64,000 nt of DNA from Octopus sinensis (Eukaryota): the NCBI RefSeq assembly GCF_006345805.1, contig NC_043012.1:38750001-38814000 (forward strand), read 5' to 3'. Below are positions 29,311-41,311 of this stretch, piece by piece. Position numbers and translations under genes: made by a program. The notes below the pieces were generated by a model. It searched no databases and had not been told where the DNA came from. It worked only from the letters and a program-made list of their open reading frames with translations. Position 1 is the first letter of the stretch, and each line of letters begins with the position of its first letter.

Positions 29311-31104
29311 CAAGATTTGGAAAAATATTTACAGTTAGTTCCAAACTTTGAGACCCACATTACCATTTTATTGGTAGTTTTTAAAGGCGAAGGAAACAGT
29401 GGACATTGCATATGTTTTAATTCATATGAAATAAAAATATAACATATTCTTTATTATTACTGCAAGTCCATCAGCCCAAATACTCGCAGGACACGTCAAT
29501 TAAATGTAACTTTAGCAGTGTTTCCTTGTTGTATGTTTTACCCATTGTCTAGCAGATTAATAACTCTTTGTTAATAACTATCTCTGCAACAGAATTGTTG
29601 AGCCACAAAGAACATTGTTTAACCCACATCTGTTGATGCATCAGTTTAAGAGGAGATAGTCGAACACACTTGAACTAATCTTGATAGGTCAATTTCTGAA
29701 ACATTTGAGATTTCGTGAATTCGCCAGGCAACCATATTTTTACAAAGAACGGCGATATTGATATCAGATAAACACATATTTCATCTGCAATACATATCAT
29801 CAAGTCATCTGTTCAATGTTTTACTATGTATATTTCATATATTCTTCCCGTGTTTTTTTGGGGAGGGGGTAGGGGCATAAATGACGAGAATGGACCTACC
29901 TTTTCGTTCAAAGCCACACGTTTTCATTTAAAATTATTCTCGGGTATTTTAAATTCGAATGTGTTGACTCTAAATTTCCCTGCAACCAGATTTAAAATGA
30001 TTTTAATGACAGCCCTCTATACTCTACGCTTGGCTTAGCTTTATCACTAGTTCGGGTGAAACCCTAAGCAATAGAAGTTCCATAATATTTTATTCCCGTA
30101 TTTTTTCTTTCTTCACATATTACTTTCGAAGATGAACTCGCTGTAGGCTCAAGCCGAGTAACGTCTCTTTCGTTTACGCAGCTTGGATTCTGCATATTTC
30201 CAATTGATTTATAATCGATTTTCAGACATTTACCCACTGGGGATGTAAATAGTGCAATTTATTGATTGTACAAAATTATAATTGCCCAAAACATTTATTT
30301 TCAATTTGCATGCATTACAAACGTCACTAAACTATTTATCACCAATATAGAGCGCAATTTTTAGCAGCTACTTCACATTTATTGTTGCCTAAACCGGAAT
30401 AAGTGAAAATCATTACGTAATATTAGCTTGAGTTGCTAAATTTCATCAGTTAAGCAGAATATATCCAGAATTAATATTCTTGTATGAAAACTACTTATTA
30501 TTCAAGCAGAAGGTACTGTGAAAATCTTGTATAAATTTGCATTAAGCCTGTATAGCACAATCTCATTGCTTTCCGCCGCTTGTGCATTTAGTTCTATGTG
30601 TAATGTATGCGTGAGTGTGACAATAGATTTATGCATGAGTGTAAGACACTGGATTTATATGGGGAGGTTGTTGTGGGTTGTGGAAGAAATAGAGAGAATG
30701 AAGGAGGGATGCGAAAGAGAAGTGTGGAGTAGGAAAAGGCATGTCGTGTATCTGTGTGCGCATGTTCATTGAATCAACAACAAATCACGTGTTTACCCAC
30801 GCATGAGCATATCTATGCATGCTTTAACAACAACGATGTATTCCTAAGTATTTAAATCTCTGTTGTACATAATCATTATCCTCTTCCTCCTCCTCCTCCT
30901 CAACAACAACAACAACAACATCATTCTCATCGACATTTTACATCTACTTGTCCATGCCGGTATGTGTTAGACGGGTCATCGCCGTCCAAATTCGGAGTTA
31001 TTGACTTCCTGACCGTCTCGGAGTCCAACTTCTGCTCATTTCTGCCATTTTAAACTATATTCTATTCTAGGGTTGGTGCTCTTCAGATTACCGATCATTT
31101 TACA

Positions 31105-31270
31105 GAATGTCGTTAAAATATTTCTACTTCATAAGTCAAAGAGAATTTCTATTTGTAAATCCACAGCAAGTTTAATAAAACGCTACCCGTTCCTTACACG
31201 ACCGACACAAGAGAAACAGGCCACCGATCTCGTTTATAATCACGTTCTGTGACGCAAGCGTTAAAATACA
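31105..31270 (+). repeat. ~170 bp dispersed direct repeat, second copy at 37505-37680
   Basis: AATGTCGTTAAAATATTTCTACTTCATAA..CAGGCCACCGATCTC..GTGACGCA.GCGTTAA shared, highly similar by eye. Confidence 0.8.
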
Positions 31271-31307
31271 CACCTTGTTATTGCTTTTATTGCTCTCTTT
31301 GCAAAAG

Positions 31308-31610
31308 CACGTGACTCGGTGGTTAGGTAATACGGCTCACGATCGTAAGATTGTGAGTTCAACTCCCGGTAAATCTTGTGTCCTTGGACAAGACACTTTA
31401 TTTCACGTTGCTTCAGTTCATTCACCCAGTGAACATGAGTAGTACCTGTTATTCAAAGGGCCAGTGTTGTCATACCCTGTGTCACAGTGAGCAGTCTGTT
31501 CCGTTAATCGGATCAACTGGGACCATCTCAGGGAAATTCAGCGTGACACAGAATATACAAAAGCTCGCCTTTTTTTGCCAGCTGGATCAACGGGAGCAAC
31601 CTGAAATAGG
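31308..31610 (+). mobile_element. tRNA-derived SINE (family 1-related, rearranged)
   Basis: GGTGGTTAGG..GAGTTCAACTCCC head and TTCAAAGGGCC..TTCAGCGTGACACAG body. Confidence 0.65.
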
Positions 31611-31614
31611 ATGA

Positions 31615-32335
31615 TAAGTCACGCGCCTTATCATCATATGACAGACCCCAGTACATTACTGGTATTTTATTTGATCGATCCCAGAAGGATGCATGTCAAA
31701 ATCGACCTTGACTGGATATGAGAACACAAAGTAGCAAAAGTCAATCGATTCTACCAGCATTTTACCTTCTTCTAATTCTGCCACACTCTGCCTTATTTTC
31801 CGATTCCAGCATTATAGTCGTTTATGTTCTATCGCTCCTCTCATCGCAATAACTTACAGCTTAAGCAATTCTTTCACCACACTGCTTTATCTTTTACCGG
31901 TTCTTTTACTTCGCTACTATATAACACTTACAATATTCCACCAGGCTGTCTTTATCTCTATAATCCCAACACATTACTCTACATTTCTACCGAATCTATG
32001 GAGTTTATCATTACAGTCTCTGTCTATCTCCTACCACACAGCCTTTTATATCTTTCAGTTCCTTTGCCACACTCTGTTATGTGGTGGTCACTTTCGTCGA
32101 TTTCGACATATGAGTGTTTGAAATAAAGGCTTTTAAAAACAAGAGGATGAAAAAAAAAAGAGAATCTGCATCTATTTACAATGGGTCCGTGAATGTAATT
32201 TGAGACTTAGGAAGACCAAAAGTTCTGGATGAAGTATTTTCGATATATTGATACCGGTCCTTAGCATGTGTTTTATTGACCCCAGGAGGGTGAAAGGTAA
32301 TGTTGGCATCATCAGGATTTGCACTTAGAACGTAT
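31615..32335 (-). mobile_element. Two degenerate family 2 SINE fragments (31615-31790 and 32190-32335)
   Basis: GGTATTTTATTTGATCGATCCCAGAAGGATG and TGTTTTATTGACCCCAGGAGGGTGAAAGG blocks. Confidence 0.55.
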
Positions 32336-33352
32336 ATTTTATGCAGTATTATATTATATCTATCATTTTATTAGATTTATTAATACATTTCCAAGAAGCC
32401 GAACATATATTGCCATTTAAAGATGTCGCTTATTTTGTTATGGTACAACAACAAAGGCAGAAAAAAGTCCACGCTTCCAGTTACCTCCTTCTAATGCTCA
32501 GTAGAAATGGTTTCAATATCTACGACACATTACTACTGGCCACATGGCTTCTCTGGCGATTTTGTCAGCTTGTTGCGACTCTAATATTTTACTGTATTGT
32601 CCTGTACATATTCGCATTCTATCCAGATTCTCTGAAAATATTCGAAATATAAAGAGCACCATAGAAAAACCATTATCGGAAGAAGAAAAACTGTTTTCAA
32701 TACAAAATTTTGGTATTCTGAATTAGGGTAAAATGACAGGTTATGTTTAAAATTCATATCAGAGAGCTTTCGGCTACCAATACTCATTCGTCTTCGAGGA
32801 AAAAGAAAAACGGAAAGCAACAACGACAAAATACAAAATCATAACAAAATTGTTGGGTTGTATATTAGTGTTTTCTATCGGACATGGGAGTACTATAATC
32901 ATTATTTTATATTCCTGTGTGTGTACGTACACAATGTATATGGATGTGATTGCCGCTATGTATATGATTACAAATGTGTATGTTCCAGCAAAACTTCACA
33001 TCTGTGTGTCTATTCATGGGAAATATTCGAGATGTGTTCGTGCAACTACACAAATGTGCCTATGTATGTATAATATTATAAATGTCTATGTGACTACAAA
33101 ATTGCCAGTATGCTCATATATATAATATTATAGATATGTCTGTACAATTACGTAATTGTGTGTATATACGAATATTATTATAGATGTTAAGCTGTTTATA
33201 TCTGTTTTTAAGTTTTGTATGCAATTTCCATGAACGTATATATATATGTAGGGACATATGTGTGTGTTTCTTCCAACATCCATGTTCTTCTACACATTCA
33301 TATATGTATATATATATATATACGCATATATATATATACATATATATATGTA

Positions 33353-33401
<49 letters not shown>

Positions 33402-33892
33402 ATATATATATGTATGTATATATGTATGTATATATGTATGTATATATGTATGTATATATGTATGTATATATGTATGTATATATGTATGTATGTATATGTA
33501 ACACGTGTATATTATTTTCAACATTATCTTTCTACGCACACGCACACGCGCACATATCATTTCCTACATTATAAGTATATGTATATTTTTTCCTACTCAC
33601 CACATATATGCATGTGTTTGCCTGTTTGTGTGTGCGTGAGCGCGTGTGTAAGTGTGAGTTTGTGTGTGTGTGTGTGAATTAATTAATACACAGGTGTACA
33701 TAAGTATATTTATATGCAGACATTTTTATAGCAAATTTACATTAAGAGTGACTTCGAAAGATCGCTAGCAGTGCATTATCGAAGCTCAATCTACCGCTGT
33801 TGAAGATACTTTAGTAAGTACATACTTCGCGTTGGGTGTATCGATGAAATGTACCCGTTTAAATACATATCAGATATCAATATTGTTTGTTC

Positions 33893-34440
33893 CTTCTGTG
33901 TTCAAATTCCGCCGGGGTTAATTTTGCTTTTCCTCATTTCCGGGTCGTAAAATAAGTACCAGTTATGCACTGGGATCAACGTAATCGGTTTCCCCCCTCT
34001 ATCAAAATTGCTGGCCTTGTGCCAAAACTCGAAAGCGATATTATTTTCGCCTTTATAGCGGCGAGATGGCAGAATTGTTAGTACGCCGGAAAAAATGACT
34101 TAACATTATTTCGTCCGGTTTCACGTTCTGACTTCAAAACCCGCTGAGGCTGAGGCTGAGAATCGATAAAATAAACGCCAGTTATGTAAGAGCGTTGATA
34201 CAATCGATTTACCCCTCCCCTAAAATTGCTGGCCTTGTGCCAATTTCCGAAAGCAATATTATTTGCTCGCTTAAATCGGTGAGATGGCAGAATAGTTAGC
34301 GAGCCGGGCAAAATACCTATTGGTGTTTCGTCCGTCTTAACGTTTTGAGTTCAACTTCCGCAGTGGACGATTTTGCCTTTCATCCTTTCGGGGTCGATAA
34401 AATAAGCATCAACTGAGCACAGGGTTCGATGCTATCGATT
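33893..34440 (+). mobile_element. Three tandem family 2 SINE units
   Basis: Repeated GGCGAGATGGCAGAAT.GTTAG heads, GTTCAA B boxes and AAAATTGCTGGCCTTGTGCCAA tails. Confidence 0.75.
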
Positions 34441-35812
34441 TCTTCTCTTCGAAACCAATATAATTCGCTCCTTCAAATAATATTTAGAATTCAATTATGA
34501 GCGCCACCGGAAAATTTTCGAAAGTTTCTAGTTAAAACGGTTTTTCTCTAATTTCTAGAAGACTGCAGACGAACAAGAATCAATGGATGACGTTTATCAA
34601 TGAAAATCAGTTGAATAGGATATATTCTTTGTGTGGTATGAGAAGAAAAACAACTGTCCGGTTGAACACCTCACTAACTGTTCCTTTCATAAGTCTAGCA
34701 GTTTTGACAATGCTGTAAGGCAGATCACCGTTTTAAGAACAACTTCCTGTTTACCCCCAGTAGTGTTGGAGTCCCTAAAAGAAAAGATCTTGGGTGGTGC
34801 CTTCCCATCTGTGATTACCCGATGTAAGAGATCACTTTTCTTGCCTCTGATAGTAAGCTAAGATGTAGTTTGCGATTGAATATTCAGATACAAGCATGCA
34901 AATATTTATACAAATGTTACAAACGTTTTTTTTCTGTAAGAAAGAAGAAATGGCAGGCAGAATTGGTAAAATCGGCACCTAGGAAGGAGTAAAACAACAC
35001 ACTGACATCAAATTTAGTCTCAAAGAAAATATCCTGCTCCAGGATCGGAAGTACCACTGAGCTTAACCTTATAAACTGGGGGACTCCAGATCTCTGTTTT
35101 GACTTTCTTTTTGAGGAATTCATATCTCAAAAATGTCAAAACACTTTGAGAAAGACAAAATTAACACAATTTTAGGTAGGCATCCAGGTCGTTGGTGATA
35201 GACTTCGCATCAGTCATTGTCATACAGATTCTATTATAAAATGCGTTCCTCCCACGACTCTCCTGTATTAGTATGTTTGCTACTGACACTTCCTATTATC
35301 ATGATATCAGCGTGTGACAGGATTAGATGTGGCCGCTAGAAATTACAACCAGATTTCTCATAAATCACAAATGTTTAATAGAAATAAATATTGAGTTCTG
35401 TAGCCATAGATACCTTATGGCTGCAAAATAAAGCAGGCCGAAACATTTCTGATCATATAAATGGCTGGATCACAGATACCCTGGAGCAAAACTACGACAA
35501 CCTACGTCTTTCGGTGGCTTCCTTTCAAATATATGCTGTTGTTATTTAGGCCGACGTTAGCTATGATCGAGATCGAAAATATGCATTGATCAACAGTGAA
35601 TCAGTCATGACCACACCTATCAATATAGAACGCTATTTCTTTGATCATTCAAGATGGCATGGAATGAGTTCTCTTTTTAGCAGGTCCGTTCTTCTTGTAA
35701 CTTCTTCATGGTTGATTCACGGTATACAGAAGAATATAGACCAGTTGTGACTAATTAAAACCCAAACAATAAATACCCACGCGCAACACACACCACAAAT
35801 AATATAATTCAT

Positions 35813-35844
35813 GTTCGTATATATTATATATATGTACGTGTATA

Positions 35845-35886
<42 letters not shown>

Positions 35887-35932
35887 GTGTGATATGTCTG
35901 TAAGTATGTATGCATGCATGCATGTATATATA

Positions 35933-35965
<33 letters not shown>

Positions 35966-36090
35966 TCATGTTCGTATATATGTATATTATGTACGTGTAT
36001 ACGCATATATATATATATATTATTTATATATATGTGTGATATGTCTGTAAGTATGTATGCATGCATGCATGTATATATATATGTGTTATA
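35813..36090. repeat. ~155 bp tandem duplication in TA-rich DNA
   Basis: TGTTCGTATAT..GTACGTGTATACGC..GTGTGATATGTCTGTAAGTATG occurs twice. Confidence 0.75.
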
Positions 36091-36118
36091 TATATATATA
36101 AATATATATATATATAAT

Positions 36119-36163
<45 letters not shown>

Positions 36164-36195
36164 CTATATATATAATATATATATATATATATATT

Positions 36196-36250
<55 letters not shown>

Positions 36251-36439
36251 TATATACTAAGCAATAAAGGGTTTAGCAACGAATTGCCTTACCACATCCG
36301 AATTTAGAAATAGCAGTCAAAGAGTTATAGCTATTTCTTCTACTAAAACGGGGAGATCTCAGTAAAACAGCAATGGAAGGCAGACACAAACAGGTAGAGA
36401 GAATGAATTGACGGCAATCTATCATACATTTTTAAGTTA

Positions 36440-36549
36440 TCTACGGACGTACGTTTCGAAATCAGTTTTTAGGAATCATAAAATTAAATATTAAATATTA
36501 ATAATTCTATCTTTACCTCTACCGAAACTTCTTTTCTCTTCAGCGTAGA
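36440..36549 (-). ncRNA. Minimal type I hammerhead ribozyme, intact core
   Basis: Minus strand TCTACG-CTGAAGA-G[extended stem II]C-GAAA-C-GTAC-G-TC^CGTAGA. Stem I is 6 bp perfect, stem II is GAAA/TTTC plus AGTTT/AAACT, loop III is palindromic, and the GUC cleavage site lies between 36446 and 36445. Confidence 0.85.
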
Positions 36550-37030
36550 ATACTATAATCATAAATGATTATATTTAAATTTTGAGATACTAGAAGGCAC
36601 CAACTCAACTCAGTATCAGAGCGAGCTAGAATCCGCAACCAGTATCACCAAATTCAATGTGTGAATGAACGATTGTGTCACCAGCCCTTCCACCCTCTTG
36701 TACCAAACAAGATCTGTGGTCATCTACTGAGATAAATATGGTATCCGTAATAATGAGGGTGAAATTAATTAATTTGGAATAATTATCAATTACACCAGTA
36801 GTCTTCGGCTGTAAAAGCCTCATTCGAGGAAAATTTAAGTAATACTAAGCAATAAAGGGTTTAGCAACGAATGGCCTTACCACATACCGAATTTAGAAAT
36901 AATCAGCAGTCAAAGATTATAGCTATTTCTTCTACTAAAAAGGGAGATCTCAGTAAAAACGCAATTGGAAGGCAGACACAAACAGGGAAGAGAGAATGAA
37001 TTGACGGCAATATCATACATTTTTAAGTTA

Positions 37031-37136
37031 TCTACGGACGTACGTGTTCGAAATCAAGTTTTTAGGAAAGCATAAGAATTAATATTAAATATTAAATAAT
37101 TCTATCTTACCGAACTTCTTTTCTCTTCAGCGTAGA
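37031..37136 (-). ncRNA. Second hammerhead copy with GAAA disrupted (GAACAC)
   Basis: Same stem I and CTGAAGA core as 36440-36549, one extra base in the GAAAC motif; real mutation or read error. Confidence 0.6.
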
Positions 37137-37428
37137 ATACTATAATCATAGATTATATATTAAATTTTGAGATACTAGAAGGCACAACTAACTCAGTATC
37201 AGAGCGAGCTAGAATCCGCAACCAGTATCACCAAATCAATCATGTGGTGAATGAAACGATTGTGTCCACCAGCCCCTTCCCATGTGGTAAGGCAATTCGT
37301 TGCTAAACCCTTTATTGCTTAGTATTACTTAAATTTTCCTCGCATGAGGCTTTTACATGCGAAGACTACTTGGTGTAATTGATAATTATTCCAAATTAAT
37401 TAATTTCACCACCCTTCATTATTACGGA

Positions 37429-37472
<44 letters not shown>

Positions 37473-37999
37473 CGTTAAAGCAATGAAACCAATTCAGCGG
37501 ACATTTGAAATGTCGTTAAAATATTTCTACTTCATAAATCAAAGAGAATTTCTATTTGTAAATCCACAGCAAGTTTAATAAAAGCAACCCGTTCCTTACA
37601 CGAGTGAGACAATAAAAACAGGCCACCGATCTCCTTTATAATCACGTCCTGTGACGCAGGCGTTAACAATTACACCATTTTGTTATCGCGCTAATCCTTT
37701 CTGTTCTTTATTCCATATTCAAAGGTAAGGGAATAAATGCATAAATCCACCCACAAGGACGTTCTAGCTGCTATTCTTTCCTGCCTGGGTCTACCTTGCT
37801 CAATTCGTTTTTGTGTATTTAAAACGATAGATATTTTGGCTAGACGGAAATTTGGTTGCTATTTCATCCAGATTGCTATCCATGTCGAGATATTCTATCG
37901 AATCTTTTCATATGAACGTTAATTCAGGAGCAGGTAAATCAACTGATGGAAGAACTAAATCTTGATCGTAGTACATGATGGAGATCAATCAATCAAACA

Positions 38000-38001
38000 A
38001 G

Positions 38002-38094
<93 letters not shown>

Positions 38095-38095
38095 A

Positions 38096-38150
<55 letters not shown>

Positions 38151-38224
38151 GATCTGGCTATCCATCCATCTATCTATCTATATCTATCTATCATCTATCT
38201 ATCTATCTATCTATCTATCTGTCT
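38000..38224. repeat. (TATC)n microsatellite
   Basis: Seen directly; further arrays at 38895-39005, 39540-39600, 40263-40290 and 48460-48735 (GATA). Confidence 0.95.
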
Positions 38225-38893
38225 GTCCTCCTTTCAAGTGGTACTTGAGAAGTTGATGAGAGATGACCAGAGGGAAAGGTTTGTCTCCCATCCTTTCAGA
38301 CGCGTCCACCAGATACTTCTTTGCCATAGCCACAGGATGATGAAAATAGCTCTTCCTTCCCGTTTGAAGGAAGGAGGCGTGACAATATTGACGATAGACT
38401 CAGGTGATAAACCGATTCGTCCCACACGTGACAGCAATCGTTCGACATAAGCCCACAGGTCGGAGATTGTTGGACACTGCATGAGTGCGTGCATGAGTGA
38501 CCGCATCTCGGGCAGGTCGGCCCCGTGTTTCTCGAGCCGCGTCTATAGAGCTTATCCCGAACGGGTAGCGCTTCTCGGTAGCACTGCCAGGCCAGCGATC
38601 TCTGGAAGTTGTCCATGAGCCCTGGCCCGAAAGTCGTCCCGAACAGTCGGGTCAGGACGTCGACGAGGAGTACCATTTTACGTATGAATGACGAAGCCAC
38701 CTTGAGCATAATCCTATGAACCCAGAAATTGAAAATAGAGGGTTACCCACTTGCAAACAAATGTGGTAACATATAACATATTGACCAAGGACATCTTTTT
38801 TTTGTTTTGTTTTTTTTTTCATCCCCCAAAAGAAAAGCTCTACCTTGTAACTTGTCCCATCTGTGTGCAGCCCTGTGTGGCCAATAAAGAAAC
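38225..38893. mobile_element. Tx1/L1-like LINE 3' insertion with inverted 5' part
   Basis: 38225-38675 on minus encodes RSLAWQCYREALPVRDKLYRRG..CPRCG..HALMQCP..LW (zf-RVT/CCHC); 38680-38893 on plus is the 3' end finishing GGCCAATAAAGAAAC. Confidence 0.8.
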
Positions 38894-38927
38894 TTATCTA
38901 TCTATCTATCGATCTGGCTATCCATCC

Positions 38928-38993
<66 letters not shown>

Positions 38994-39002
38994 ATCTATC
39001 TA

Positions 39003-39526
39003 TCTGTAGCTATGGCGAAAGAATGTATCTGGTGGACGCGCCTGAAAGGATTAGAGATAAACACTTTCCTCTCTGGTCAATATCTCATCAACTGCTTCAA
39101 GTATCACTTGAAGAGGAAGATGAGAGTAGAGAGGTAAGTTTTGTCTAGCGAATGTTTCAAAAAAAGATGGGTGAATATAGCAAGGATTACGAAGCCACCT
39201 TGAGCATAATCCCATAAACCCGGAAAAATTTAAAACAGAGTGTCACTTACTTGCAAATAAATGTGTTAACATGTGACATTATTGACCGAAGTTACCGTGC
39301 TCTTCTCCGTAAGCTTTTCTTTCCAAGGATAAACCTTATCTGTTTCCCCCTTTAAACTTTACATCATGACATTTCTGTGATACACGATCCCTATCGTTTT
39401 TTTCTTTCTTTTTTTACGATCCCTTTTCATCGAAAACCTACCCCCATTTCTTTATCCCCCAAAAGAAAAGCTCTACTTTGTAATTTGTCCCCTCTGTGTT
39501 CAGCCCTGTGTGGCTAATAAAGAAAC
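39003..39526 (+). mobile_element. Tx1/L1-like LINE 3' fragment, same family
   Basis: VAMAKECIWWTRLKG..KYHLKRKMRVER matches the inverted part of the previous copy; ends GGCTAATAAAGAAAC. Confidence 0.8.
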
Positions 39527-39772
39527 ATATATATCTCTCATTCTATCTATCTATCTACCTATCTATCTATCTATTTGTCTGTCTGTCTACACACCTATCT
39601 ATCTCTATCGATAATTAGATATATCTATTGATATATCTACTTCTCTCCGCGTGGTGAGGGGTAACAACCCCTAAAACTAATATAACAAAATAACCAAATA
39701 ACAAAACTAAATCCGTAATTGTACCAGAGATAAAATACGAAAAATAAACACACAACAACAACGCAAACTAAC

Positions 39773-39845
39773 CTCAGTTTTGGTGAACATCGGAGGAAAC
39801 GATTTAGCTATAACTCGAAAATGGCGGGCACCGTCTGCCGAAATA
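39773..39845 (-). promoter_or_regulatory. Candidate non-coding first exon with YY1-type motif
   Basis: CGCCATTTT on minus (39818-39826) in a short GC-enriched island, followed by GAG|GTTAGT donor at 39772. Confidence 0.4.
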
Positions 39846-39927
39846 ATGATTCATATATGCATGCGTGTGTGAGTTTGCGCGTATACATGTATGTATACAC
39901 ACACATTATATACATATATACATATGC

Positions 39928-39968
<41 letters not shown>

Positions 39969-39989
39969 CACATCTATCTATCTATCGTT

Positions 39990-40262
39990 TTTTTCCTCTT
40001 CCCCTTTTTTTCCCCTTTTTTCTGTTTTTTTCATTAATCTTTTCTTTTGTTCCTTTTCCTTTTTTTCTTTTTTTTCTTTTTTTAAATTTTATTTTTTGTT
40101 CTTTTTTTTCCCTTTTACGATCCCTTTTGATCGAAAACCTACGCCACCTTTTTTTCGTTTCTTTTGTTTTTTGTTTTTTTGTTTTTTTCATCCCCCAAAA
40201 GAAAAGCTCTACCTTGTAACTTGTCCCATCTGTGTGCAGCCCTGTGTGGCCAATAAAGAAAC
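39990..40262 (+). mobile_element. Tx1/L1-like 3' UTR fragment, third copy
   Basis: CATCCCCCAAAAGAAAAGCTCTACCTTGTAACTTGTCCC..GGCCAATAAAGAAAC followed by TATC repeats. Confidence 0.75.
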
Positions 40263-40315
40263 TTATCTATCTATCCATCTATCTATCTGTTTATCTGTCT
40301 CTCCCTCTTTCTCTC

Positions 40316-40354
<39 letters not shown>

Positions 40355-41268
40355 GTGTGTATATATGCATATATACACGTATGTGTGTATATATGTATAT
40401 ATCTGTGTTCATATATGTTAGGCGTTTGTGAGTAGAGAACTGGGAATGCGAATGTTTGGTGACGAATTCCAAAACTGTTTGGATAATGAATGAGAGAAGT
40501 GTTGAGAGAAGAGTAAACTGCAGACTGGAATTGGTTGGGAATGACGATTGGTAAGAAGAGGAATGAGGGAGAGGGGAATGAGAGTGTGGGTGGGGAAGCT
40601 GAAGGAAGTTGGAGAAATCCACTGGGTAGATTAACATTGAAAGAGATTAACGGAATGAAAGAGCGATGGGGAGGTTGGGGATGGGTTATGTGACAGAAGG
40701 AAACTCTCTGCGTATATATACTGATGGCTGTGGGAGTGTGTGTGTGAGTGTGTGTGTGTTTATGATGGTGTTCTGCATGTGAGAGTGAGAATGGGTATAC
40801 GCTGTGAAACAGACTGGCGCTTAATGCATACGCACACACACACACGCACACAAATACACACACACACAAACACGCTCATATTCACAAACACTCGCACACA
40901 CACGCATGTACACACATGTATCTATGTATCCCTCCATCTATATAGCTATCTCTATGCACCCCCACACACACAAACACCCGAACACACACACACACACGAA
41001 CACACACACATATGCATATACAGAAAGAGAGACAGAGATTAAATTCAATTACAATACCGGCGAATCCTGTGTGTCCTGGTCGGGGTGTGTTTATGGACTT
41101 AGACGGAAGAACTTAGAATTTTCCATTTTCCATAACATGTTATTTTCTTCAACACATTTATAGATTCCATTAAAGTCTCGCTTTTAACACACACACTTAT
41201 GTACATTCACTCTGGCAATCAGTCAGTCAATCCGCTTCTATCTCTCGAACTCGCTCTTTCTCTCCTTC

Positions 41269-41294
<26 letters not shown>

Positions 41295-41311
<17 letters not shown>

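Larger units (their letters stand above)
36257..37432 (-). mobile_element. Hammerhead-bearing ~590 bp tandem repeat (1.75 units) with inverted terminal segment; Penelope pLTR-like or retrozyme-like
   Basis: Units start CTAAGCAATAAAGGG at 36257 and about 36845; 37280-37432 is the reverse complement of about 36740-36885; flanked by (TA)n; no recognisable coding ORF. Confidence 0.75.

Noticed and set aside
34620-35125. Possible CR1/RT remnant (SGVPQ) on minus
   Set aside because: Only one short motif; too degenerate to call
35410-35460. GGCTGC..GCAGGCCGAAAC hammerhead-like half motif
   Set aside because: CUGANGA core and stem I absent
36785-36830. Second hammerhead-like motif in the 590 bp unit (minus: GAATGA-GGC..GCC-GAAG)
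   Set aside because: Both core strands deviate and no stem I or III forms
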